A stretch of DNA of 64,000 nt from NCBI GenBank assembly GCA_013239625.1, contig MU055016.1:234867-298866 (forward strand). Reading direction: 5' to 3'. Below are positions 13,001 to 25,000 of this stretch, piece by piece. Below the pieces are notes generated by a model, which saw nothing but the letters and a program-made list of their open reading frames with translations, did not search any database and was not told the origin of the DNA. The DNA comes from Lama guanicoe. Its lineage: Eukaryota. The first letter of the stretch is position 1. Each line of letters opens with the position of its first letter. A program made the translations under genes and the position numbers.

Positions 13001-16000
13001 AGTAAAGCCTTTGTTCTCCTGCCTGTCCCTGCTGACCCTCACAGACCGTGGTGGGCACGGACATCGCGGAACTGTTGTTACGAGACCACAGAACCGTGTG
13101 GCTTCCTGGGAAGTCACCCAATGAGGCCAACCTGATTGATTTCACTAATGAGGCCGTGGAGCAAGTGGAGGAGGAGGAGTCAGGGGAGGCCCAGCTCTCG
13201 TTTCTCACTGACAGTCAGGCCGCCACCTCCCTTGAGAAAGAAACGGAGAGGTTCAGGGAGCTGCTGCTGTACGGCCGGAAGAAGGTGAGCCAGCTGAGCT
13301 CAGTGCGGGGCGGGGCCCGTCCTGCTCCCGGGGGTGCCAGCATCCGGGCCGAGCGCAGTACTGGGGGCCTGGTCCCACAAGGCACATCTGGCACCTGGTG
13401 TGTCATCTCTGAAGGCGTGGGTGGCAGTTTCTCCTAAGCGTTGCCAGTGTTGAAGACTCACAGGTTGGCTTTTAGGCATTTGACGATAAACACATTGACT
13501 GAGCTCAGGCTGTGTGGAGCCCGTCTCGGATCAGCACGTGCGCGAGGTAGGAAGTTAATGTACGCGCACGCAGCCGGGGTGCCCTCAGCATCGCTGAAGT
13601 GAGGGTGCTGGGTGGGAGCCCTGCTGGGAGTGAGCTGGTCGCGCAGAGCAGGGGCCGAGGCCTGTAGGCAGGAGGTCGGTGGAGAGTGCCTCAGAGACTC
13701 GGCATTGGCCCATGAGAGTGTGCTCTGGTTGTGCAGAGCACCGGGGCCCAGACAGGCACATGGCGGGGGACACCGCACTGGGGCATGTTCCCAGCACACG
13801 CCTGCCTCTGGCAGCATGGGTTTGGGGGAGGCCAGAGTTTTTGGCACTTTTATGTCATGATAAAATCAGGAAGTTCATACCTGATACTTAAATGACCTTA
13901 ACATGGACGTTTTACAAGTGATCAAAGTCGCGTGTTCTGTTAGGTTTGATTACATTTATCTCTGTTGCAACATTTTTGCCTCCTGGTCAGAAATTCTTTA
14001 AATTATGCCCCAGGTTATTTTGGATCCAGGGAGGCTGCTGTAGTGAAGGCCCTGCTTGTGCAGAGAAGACACCCAAGGAGGCCTCATGGGTCCCCTGGAC
14101 CCAGGGGTCTATGTGCCTGTGGCATTTCTCGCAGCGGGAGGGGCAGCTTGGGGGTGGCAGTTCAGCCACTCCATGTCCCTGTTTCTGATCGGTGTGCTTG
14201 TTCCCTGTGCTGATGTTGAAAACAGGGACCTCCTCCAGGAGGGACTTTGTGACGAGGGAAGACGGCCCCACTTGCCTTCTCTTCCACTTTGGGACCAGGA
14301 GCGGGTGTGTAGGGGGACCTTTTTTACGTGCAGCTGAGTCCTCTCCTCCTCCCTGAGTGTGCGAGTGACACATGTTCCATTGCTCCTGTTTGCTCACATC
14401 ACTGCGTTGTTCCAAGAATCAGAGAACCACTGAAATGCTTTGCAGGATGCTTTAGAGTCTGCGATGAAGAACGGCCTGTGGGGTCACGCCCTGTTACTGG
14501 CGAGTAAGATGGACAGCCGGACGCACGCCAGAGTCATGACCAGGTACAGAGCTCGCCGTGTGGACTGTCCCTGGGTGTGTCTGCTGGTCAGTGTGATGCC
14601 CTGGCGGCTCCTTGACGCACACAGTCACCTGTGCTCCTGTCAGCAAGAGCCATGGGCATCCCGCCTGCACTGCACCTGGTGCTGCCATGTCCGCATGCGT
14701 GCAGGGCCCTCGTGCTCGGGTTGTGTTGCTGAGGGGTTTAAATTTTCCGTTAAATGCATGGTTTTTTTTCTATAAAATCTCAGTGAGTTCTGTAGTCTTT
14801 ATCTTTTCCAGCCTTTTATAAAAGCATTGCGGCACGTATCCTTTGCTTAGGTCAAGCGTCAGGCCAGTCCTAAAGGGGCTGAGTGAGACCAGACTTGTGC
14901 TTTGTCTCCTGTTGTTTAAGCTGGGCTGAGTTAGCTGTGTCTCTCTCCGTGTCTGCCCAGGTTCGCCAACAGCCTTCCAATCAACGACCCTCTGCAGACA
15001 GTCTACCAGCTGATGTCGGGGCGGATGCCGGCCGCGTCCACGGTCAGTGCGGGGTCCACGACAGCCCCCCACGGCCCAGCTCTCTGCTCAGAGCCCACTC
15101 CCGGGAGAGGCTGCCTCCTTTGATGTGAAGCCTGCGTGTCTGTCCTCTTTTACCTCCTCATTGTGCTCATGGAGCTCAACCACCACAAAATTAAAATGAC
15201 ACTCTTTCCAAGAATAAGGGTTTTTCTGCTTTGTTCTGCCTTCAGTGCTGTGGAGACGAGAAGTGGGGAGACTGGAGGCCACATCTTGCGATGGTTTTAT
15301 CCAACTTGAACAACAACATGGACGTGGAATCCAGGACAATGGTCACGATGGGTGATACCCTAGGTGGGTCGGGCGTGGACGTGGACGGCTGACGTGGGCG
15401 GGCAGCTGTCGAGCTGCTAAGGCCCCGAGCCTTTCCCTCCGGAGTCTCCCTGGTGTCATGGTGAACCCCCATGACTGAGGCTGGGCCTGTTTTATGTCTC
15501 TTCAGCTTCCAAAGGCCTCTTAGATGCGGCGCACTTCTGTTACCTCATGGCCCAGGTTGGATTTGGGGTTTATACCAAGAAAACCACAAAACTTGTCTTA
15601 ATTGGATCAAACCACAGGTGAGAAATTGAGTAAATGTAGTGTCATCCGTTTCCTCTAGAGAGGAAGCGGCCGCTCCTCTGGCGAGCCCGGACGCGCACGC
15701 ACGGGGCCGTCGGTGGCGCCCTTGCATCTTCGACATGCAGTTATACATTCCAGGTGACCTGCTCCAAGATTAACTCATTTCCTCAACAGTTTGCCGTTTT
15801 CAAAGTTTGCAACCAACGAAGCTATTCAGAGGACAGAGGCCTATGAGTACGCTCAGTCCCTCGGGGCGCAGACCTCCTCCCTGCCTAGCTTCCAGGTGGG
15901 TGGGAACCGCGCGGGCTCCAGCTCTGACGGTCGGCTGACAGGGCTTCAGTTGTTCCGGGTTTTCGGTGGTTCAGGGATTTTAAATTTTCCCATAACATAA

Positions 16001-19000
16001 TGAAGTGTTTTTGGAAACTAATGGTCACGATGGGTGATACCCTAGGTGGGTCGGGCGTGGACGTGGACGGCTGACGTGGGCGGGCAGCTGTCGAGCTGCT
16101 AAGGCCCCAAGCCTTTCCCTCCGGAGTCTCCGAGCCTTTCCCTCCGGAGTCTCCCTGGTGTCATGGTGAACCCCCATGACTGAGGCTGGGCCTGTTTTAT
16201 GTCTCTTCAGCTTCCAAAGGCCTCTTAGATGCGGCGCACTTCTGTTACCTCATGGCCCAGGTTGGATTTGGGGTTTATACCAAGAAAACCACAAAACTTG
16301 TCTTAATTGGATCAAACCACAGGTGAGAAATTGAGTAAATGTAGTGTCATCCGTTTCCTCTAGAGAGGAAGCGGCCGCTCCTCTGGCGAGCCCGGACGCG
16401 CACGCACGGGGCCGTCGGTGGCGCCCTTGCATCTTCGACATGCAGTTATACATTCCAGGTGACCTGCTCCAAGATTAACTCATTTCCTCAACAGTTTGCC
16501 GTTTTCAAAGTTTGCAACCAACGAAGCTATTCAGAGGACAGAGGCCTATGAGTACGCTCAGTCCCTCGGGGCGCAGACCTCCTCCCTGCCTAGCTTCCAG
16601 GTGGGTGGGAACCGCGCGGGCTCCAGCTCTGACGGTCGGCTGACAGGGCTTCAGTTGTTCCGGGTTTTCGGTGGTTCAGGGATTTTAAATTTTCCCATAA
16701 CATAATGAAGTGTTTTTGGAAACTGAGATGATTGCTCGAGAACTGAACCCTGTTGAATTGAGGGGCTTGTGTTTTGGTTTTTATGTTTCTTATGTTTATT
16801 TTTGGGGGGAGATAATTAAGTTTCTTTATGTATTTTTTGATTAATTAATTTTTTAGTGGCGGTACTGGGGATTGAACCCATGACCTTGTCTATGTTAAGC
16901 ATACACTCTACTACTGAGCTATATCCACCCCTTGCTTTGGTTTTTTATACTTTAAATATTAAAAACCTTTAGTATTCAGTGTCAAGTAGTTTCCTGGCAG
17001 CTTTGGCAGTAACATGGGGATCGCACTGCCTGACCCCGAACTGTGTGTCGGAAACGCTGGCTCCGCAGACCAGGCGCCACAGAGAAGGGTTCCAAGCAGG
17101 TGGCAGTCATAGCGGGGCACATGCCGCATTGTGGTCTCTGTAGTCAGAGCTCTGGCAGCTCTGTTAAGGGTGTTGAAGAGAAGTGAGTTTCTTAGCAGCT
17201 TAGTTGTTCACTCTGATGTAAACCAGCTCGGGAATCGGGACCAGTTCTGCTGCGGGCAGGTGTAGGGGCACGCAGGAGAGATGAGAAGTGTCCAAAGCAA
17301 CATCCGCCTACAGGGCGACCCTGGGATGATGCTGGGAGGTGGTAGCAGGGGAGGCCGGGCATGCCAGCTCCATCTGTCTGTTTCAGGTGTTTAAGTTCAT
17401 ATACTCCTGCCGCCTGGCTGAGATGGGGCTTGCCACGCAGGCCTTCCACTACTGCGAAGTGATCGCCAGGAGCATCCTGCTGCAGCCACACAGACACTCC
17501 CCGGTGCTGCTCAGACAGCTGGTCCAGGTGCGCCTTCCACAGCGTCGTCCCCACCGTGCCGGCACGCGGGGTCTCTTGATCATCCAGGTGCTCGTGACCA
17601 ATGGGTGCTCTAGACTGACTCTTGGCTGAATTGAGACACTCACTGTTCTTGGGCAGGGGATGGTGTCTTACACCTCAACATGGGAGTCTCGTGCAGGTGC
17701 AGAACTTAGCAGCGAGCTTTGTAGTAAGAAGGACCCCCTCCTCCAGGAAGTCCGTGTCTTGAGGCATCTTAAGTCTCGCAGTTAACAGTGTAGCTTCCGG
17801 AGTCCGGCCTCCTGGGTCTGGTTCTGGCTGCGGGACTGCTGGCCCCAGGTTCCGCTCTAAACCGGAGACAGTGTGACCAGCCCTGGGCTTTGTGAGCCGG
17901 AAGTGTGATGGAGCAAGACAGTACCTCGCCAGCCCCAAAGTGGCCGCAGCCTGTGTTCCTTTCCCCCAGGAGCTTCATTTTTGAAAGCGTGCTCGTGTGA
18001 TGCCTAGAATTTTCACCGTGGATATTTTTAGACGTACAAAGATAGGATAACAAGTGAACCCTTGTTTTCGTCCCCCAGCTTCAGCAGTTAACATGAGGCC
18101 AAACTTGTTTCATCTATTCCCACCCCTGGCCCCCACAGTCCCCCTCCATCCCCCCTTCCCTCACCCCGCAGACCAGAGTGCAAGGAGAGTGGGGTGGAGG
18201 CAGGGCGGTGCTGCGGGCCCCGTGCCGGCGCCAGCGGCTGGTTGCTGTGATGTGCGTGCTCAGCCTCGGTATAAATGTTTAAGGACCAGTCACAGAAGCA
18301 CGATGGAGAAGGGCTTACATAGCGCGTTAAATCACGCGCTCCAGACCGTAACGGGTTCCGCCAGCGTGATTTTGCTTACCATCCCCCGTGGTAATGGCCT
18401 TTGTTTCCAGGTCGCCTCCCAGTTACGCCTCTTTGATCCTCAGCTGAGGGAGAAGCCGGAGGAGGAGTTCTTTGTGGAGCCCGCCTGGCTGGCCGAGCTG
18501 CGGCGGGTGGAGAAGCAGGTCCAGGTGTGGTTTGCTTCCAGTCAGAGGGCTTGACACTGAGGGTGTGGGGCAGATGGCACGGTTTGGAGGCACGCATTTG
18601 TCAGAGCCCTAGTTCCCGGGCCAGGCTGGCGCTCCTGGAGCCCATCAGACTGAGCGGGTCGGGGGTCAGTGTCCAGTGACATGTTTCTCCTTAGGAGGGC
18701 ACCGTGGTGTGGAGTCAGGATGGAACCTTCCCCCTGCGCTGTCCCAGCACCCCCAGTTCTGAGGCAGGACAGTGTGACGGCCTGGCCCTCACTCAGCTGG
18801 CAGGCTTGGGCACTGACAACCCACTGCTGGTGCCGCCTGGGCCCAGCGCCGAGCACCTCAGCCAGGACGTGTGGCTGCTGCCCTCAGGTGAGCCAACACG
18901 CCTTTCTCTCTGCTTTCTTCCTTGGTGAGCCTGCTGCTCTCCCAGCTTAAAGGTCTGGGTGAGTGGGCAGGTGGCCTCTTTGGCTGGGAGGTGGAGGAAG

Positions 19001-22000
19001 TGGGGAGAGGACTCAGGGAGCATGGAGAGCCAGCTTTGGGCCAGGAGGCTGCTCACTGGCTGTGCTGGGGTCGCACTGTGGCTTTGAGCCCATGCCCCAT
19101 GTCCCGCTGAATGATGTCCGCCCCCGGCCCTGAAAGGTGCATGTTCCACCTTTGCCCAGCCAGACCAGTGATGTCCCAGCAACTTCAGCCTTTGTGCTTT
19201 GATGATTGATTCCCTGTACCTTAACGAAGGAAACGTGTCCTGCTGGGCATGTGCGAGAGGCTGTTTAGTAGCTGCCAGACGGCTTTTCAGGTGACCAGAG
19301 TGAGCTCAGCACCTTAGACCTTCTTGTCCATGTCTCCATGCAGCTCCGTCGATGCTTCCTGACAGCCAATTGGCCGTCCCCGCCAGGGTGCCGATGTTCC
19401 CAGTGCCACCACCCATGGGCCCTGTCGAGCCGGGCCCTGGCTATGGACCCCCCGGGCCTGCACTTGGCTTTTCAGAGTCCCCAGGGCCTGATCCAGCTGC
19501 TCTGTACCCGGGGCCTGGCCTGCCGCCTGGTGCACCACCTCTCCAAGAGAGTGACCACCTGCTCCCGGACCCCAGGAGCCAGGTCCCAGGTGGGTCTGCC
19601 GAGGCACGGTCCTGGGGGAAGATCTGAATTGGGTTTAAGTCCAAGGAGGTGACTGGGGAGAGATTTGGAGCAAATTCTTTTACTTAGTGTGTACCCAATA
19701 CTCCAGAAGTCCTAGGCTGACTGGGTTGATCCAAGGTTGGTGACCTGGTTTTCTTTAGGACATGAAGTGGAAGTGGGTGCCCAGGGTGGGCAGGCCGGCA
19801 TCAAGGTGCCTGGCCTGCGGCCCCTGTGAACCTCACGGGAAGCTGTGCCCTCCTCATGGGGGGTAGATCCATCCCCAACCTGCACCTGACTGTCTTCCTG
19901 ACAGCCCAGCTTTAACAAAGAAACCATCTCCACGAGTCCGGGAACATTTTCAGTCTTGGTTTCTGCAAACAGGGTTGGAGAGGCATGGCCGGGAGGAGCT
20001 GTGTGTCCCCTGTCGGCACCTCACTCCCCGGCTCTGTGCTTGGCCCCGCCAGGTCACGCTGTTCCTTTCCCTTGACAGGAGCGATGCCGCAAGAGGGTCC
20101 CCGTAGAAGCTCACTTCTGGAGTCAAGAGAAGAGGATTTTGGTGGAAAATTTGCTCATATGGTACTTCCCCACTTTTTTAAAAACTGTTTTCCATAAACA
20201 CCACTGAATAGGTACTCAGACTCTGTTCTTAAGTTGTAAGTAGGGAGATGATACTTAAAATTATGGAATTATTTTTTCCATTGTTTCTTAAAGAGAAAAC
20301 TTGAGTCCTTAGACCATGAAGACATGGTGAAAACATCCATAGGGAAAAAGGTGGTTTAATGCTGTAGAAATACGGGGCTTTAAGGAAGGAGTGCTTGTCT
20401 GTAATGAAACCACTTTGTCAATTTTAACTTTTCTAAAATGGAGAACTTCCCCCAATTTTTGCATTTCTTTCTACCATAGAATCCCTAAAATTTTCAGTGG
20501 CTTTTTGAAATGGAGATTGACTTGATCAGATATGTTTGCTATAAATGGCACATCTGTGCTGTGATCCCAGTGGGGGTGTGGGGGTGACAACCGCATTCTG
20601 GAAGCTTCTTTACAGACACCAGCTCTTTATGGGCCCGTCAGTGGGGGTGGCTGCTGTTCACACTCTGTGTGCCCTCCCACTAAAGTGTTCTGTCCCCGGG
20701 AAAGCAAGGGTGGCAGGTAACTGTGCTGAAAACAGCATCTTAACCTGGGGTAAGTATTTTCAGAAAAGTGTATCATTGGAGGTGCACCTACCCCGTTCTG
20801 CCCAGTCCTGTCCTCCGTGCACATAGGTACCCATGTGTTCCTGCCCAGCAGTCCCATTCAGCTCCAGAATCCACACTTGAATATTGTATAGCTCCTTGAA
20901 AAGTCTCTCCCCAGTGCCCCCTCACTCCCCTCTGCTCATCGTGGTCAGGAGCCTCTTGGCAGCGCTGTCAGGGCTCCCAGAAGTGCCCCAGGTGAGCCTG
21001 CCCCCGTCTTTCCTTGGGACAGGGCCCTTCGAGGACACCGCTCGACTCCGAGGTGCCTCCAGCCTGGGAGGGTGCCGGCTCGAGGTCCCTGCCACCGTCT
21101 CCGTCCCTGACATCGGCGCCCGAGATGAAGAGAGCTGAACAGGCGGCCAAAAAAGAGACCAAGGAGCCTAAGAAGGTGATGGGCAGCCCACCTCCAGCTG
21201 CCAGGGCCAGGGCTGGGCAGGGGGCTCAGCCACTGGAAGCGAGGACAGGGCGTTTGTTTCTTTTTCATTTAAGCCAGACGTTTTCTCAAAGTGCAGTAAG
21301 CATGTGGGAAAGCGTGTGGCCCTTTCTGTGAGTCTGTCCACATATGACCAACCACCCCTGGATCAGAGTTCCTGGGGGCCCCACGAGTCCAGGACTGTGG
21401 GAGTCTACCCCTGCAGGGTGGCCCCCGTTCTGGTCTCTGGCTCCACCGCTTAGTTTTGGCTGCTTCCAGCTTCGTGCAGAGGAGGTTCACCCTTGTCATC
21501 ATGGTATAGTGACGTCTGTGCCACAGTTTTATCCACCCTTTCTCCTAACACTGGACATTTGGGGCTTTTTCAGGTTAGAGTTTCCGAAATAAAGCCACAT
21601 GAGCGTTCTTATCTGTCTTTTGGTGGCAGATGCACTTGTTTCTCTCAAGTGTGCCCCGAGGTCACAGACAGCTGTGTGTCCAGGTTGGAGTGAGCTGCCA
21701 GCCCAGTCCCCTGGGCATTGTCCCAGGGGCCCCTCTGGCAGCCTCTTTGTTCACAGTGGCAGCTGCAGTCCAGTCCTCGTCCCCGCGGGCCTTGTGCTGT
21801 CAACCCTGCTCGTTTTGGCCATTCTGCTGGGATTGGTGACACTTGATTGCGGTTTAGTTTGCATTTCCCTGGCGAGTGATGGCGCTGAGCGCGTCTTGCG
21901 TGCTGCCTGCCACCCTCTGCGCTTGTGTGTCGGGCCACTTCCCGTCTTCCCCTGACCGTAGCTGGGCACTCAGTCACCTGCAGTTCTTTGCCTGTTGTGG

Positions 22001-25000
22001 CTCTGAGTCCTGCCTGATGTGTGTATTGTGAGCACCTCCTCCCAGTCTGTACCTTTTACTCTTGACGGTAGCTTGTGAAGAACGTGGTTCTTCAAGTTCA
22101 GCTCATGAGACTTTAATTTAATAGCCAGTGTTTTAGGTAAGCACAAACGTAGTGCCAGACGCGCATGAGCCACAAGGTAGAACACGGCCTTCAAAGAAGC
22201 TGTGAGTAAGCAGTTACTCCCCTCCCCACCCCAGTAGGTGCGTCACTCTGCTGCAGGTTCAGGGGAGCAGGCTGGGGGAGCGCATGGGGTTTAGTACAAG
22301 TGAGGTCACCCGGGAGCACCGAGGGCCTTGTCTTTGGGACCTCCCTGCCACCTGTCCCAGCGCTGTCACTCCTCAGATGGGAGATGGTCATAGGCTGCTC
22401 ACTTGGCATTTAGAATGAAAAGCTCCGTAGTGCAAATGATTGTTCTAATTTTTTTAAGTTGTGGTTAAATATACACAAAACTTACCATTGTAACTGTTGT
22501 TAGTAAGTGTGCGGGTCTGTGGCATATGTTCACATCATAGTGTAACCACCACCACCTGTCGCTAGGACTTTCTCATTGTCCCAGACTGAAACTCCCCACT
22601 AAACACCAGCTCCTCCTTCCCGCCCCCACCCTGGGCATCTGCTTCCTGTCTCTGTGGGTTTGACTCCTGGGTCCCGCCCTCAGGGACTCCTGCAGGATCG
22701 CCCTTCTGGGTTGAGCTAACTTCACTCAGCATGATGTCCTCAAGGTTGTTCTGGTGGTTTTTATATTTAGACTAGTGAATCCTGGTTTTCTCGTTGGCTG
22801 CCTGGGAAGAGAAGGACAGAAGCTTACTTGCCAGATGACAAGAACAAATCGGTGAGCCTGGCGAGCAGGGCGCTGAGGAGCTGGTGGGCGCCATGTAGCA
22901 TGTCCGTCCGCTGGTCTGCACGCTGTGTCTCAGCTTCAGGATGAACCCGGCAGGTGTCTCTCAAGTAATCGGGTTCTAGTTCTTCTCTGCTTCAACCACT
23001 GAGTGTTTTGTTTTTGTTTTGTTTGTTTTTACTTTTCATAATCGTGGCAGATCGTCTGGGATGAAAAGAAGAACCGATGGGTGGATGTAAACGAGCCGGA
23101 AGAGGAGGCGAGCTGGGGGCGCTTGCTGTGACCGGAGGGGGCCCCTCAGTGTTTGGGCGGGGGCGCTCCCTGAGAGACTTCAGCCTGTGTGTGTCCGAGA
23201 GCAGATTTCTGAAGTGGTCTTTCCCTTTCCAGAAGAAGGCTCCGCCCCCGCCTCCAACGTCACTTCCCAAGGCTCCACAAGCTGCCCACCCTGGTCCCGG
23301 AGGGCCCCCCAGAGCCTCTGTGAACATGTTTTCTAGGAAAGCAGGTAACAAAGTCAAACCAGAGATCAGAGTGAGTTTGGTTAATTTGTCCTACAGATAG
23401 GCCAGAGTTTAGCAATGATGAGGCACATGTTAGACAGTAGTTTGTCACCTTACAGGAGGGAATCCTGGTTGTATGAGGATGAGTCGTGGAGGAGGATGCC
23501 AGGCCTCTTAGAGATTAAAACAGGCCTCAGAGGCCACCTGCCTCTAGTGAGCAGGTCCCGTGGTCGGAGAAGGGCTCTGGGAGTGTTGTGGTGCGAATGG
23601 CCCTCACCCCAGGCCAGATGCCGCACACACACTCAGCCCTCCGGAGAGCCCGCTTTCACGCCCCGCCCCTGCGGCTTGCGGGCTCCTGCTGCCCTTTGGA
23701 GCAGTGGAAGCGGTCATCACTGTGCTGGCCTGAGCCCGCTCCCTTCCCGTCACAGGCGGCAGCAGAGCACGCTATGTGGACGTGTTGAACCCGGGCGGCC
23801 TTCAGCGGAGCGAGCCAGCGCTGGCCCCCTCGGACTTCTTTGCTCCGCTTGCCCCCCTCCCGATCCCAGCTCACCTTTTGGGACCACACCCAGGTAGGCA
23901 GCACGGAAGCAGTGCCCGTGGGAGCCCTGGCGTCCTGACCTTTGGCCCTCCTTCTGAGAGCCTGTGGCCTTAGTCTCCTTAAGGAGAACGAGCAGCCAGC
24001 ACGCCGAGAGCCTGAGGTTGGCCGGTGCTGGTTTTTGGGTCTGTCTCCCTTTGCCTCCATTGGGGCGGACACGGTGTGGACCCTTCTCGGCTTCTTTCCA
24101 GTGAACCACACCCCCGCCCCCCAAGATTTTGGACTAAATGACCACCTCTCACACTGTCTCCTCCACAGATGCAGAGGACGCACCACCTGCAGAGGGGGCT
24201 GGCAGGGAAGGGCAGGCACCAGCTGGGGGTCCAGCCAACCGAGAGTCTGCGTCAGAACCCAGGGTGAGCGGAGCCGTGGGACGGAGGGGAGGGCCCAGTG
24301 GGGAGTCGGCCCTGGCCTTCTGCACGTTGAGTTCCATCGTGTGCACAGAGCACCCTGTGTCTCCCAGGAGTCTCTTTGCTATTGAATGTCCTCCGGGGGC
24401 TGTAGGTTAGAGCCACGTACGTGTTACGCAGTGATTTTGTCTTGCTGAAATCACAATAGTAAAGACAATTTTTTGAATAATTAAAACGTATGTGTGAAAT
24501 ACAGTCATTTAGCATATGGTCTCTGAAGTTGAATGGGTCTGGGTTTCAGCCCTGGTTCTCCATTAACTGCCATTTAAAGTTTGGGAAAGTCACTTACCTA
24601 AGCCTCAGTCTCCTGCTTGGTGGATACGGTGACAAGACCATCAAGTCACCAGGCCGTCGCAGGGCCCAGCGGGCCCTCCTTAAGGATGCGCTGGTGGTGT
24701 TGGAACCTGTGGGACGGCCGGCCCCGCTCTGCGGGTATAGGCAGGAGTGCTGTGCGTGGAGCAGAGTGGCTTGTAACCTGGGCAGAGGGCCAGCCCGAGT
24801 GCTCTGCCTCCTGTGGGGACGCTGGTTCCCTGGGGTGTGCTGGTGGCTGCATTTCTTCCTTTTCCTGGCAGGTGTTCAGTTCTGCGGCCCCGCTCCCTGG
24901 TTCTGAACTGCCCCCCTCCAGAGCAGACGGCTCCCAGCGGGGAGAGGTAAATGCCCCGGGTGAGAGTATCTGCTGAAACTCTGAGCTGAGGAAGGTCGTT

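Noticed and set aside
15896-16045. Cryptic acceptor that might restore the frame for a SEC16A transcript using both duplicated exon pairs
   Set aside because: The two AGs nearest the duplicated donor give exons of 71 and 41 nt, which is the wrong phase.
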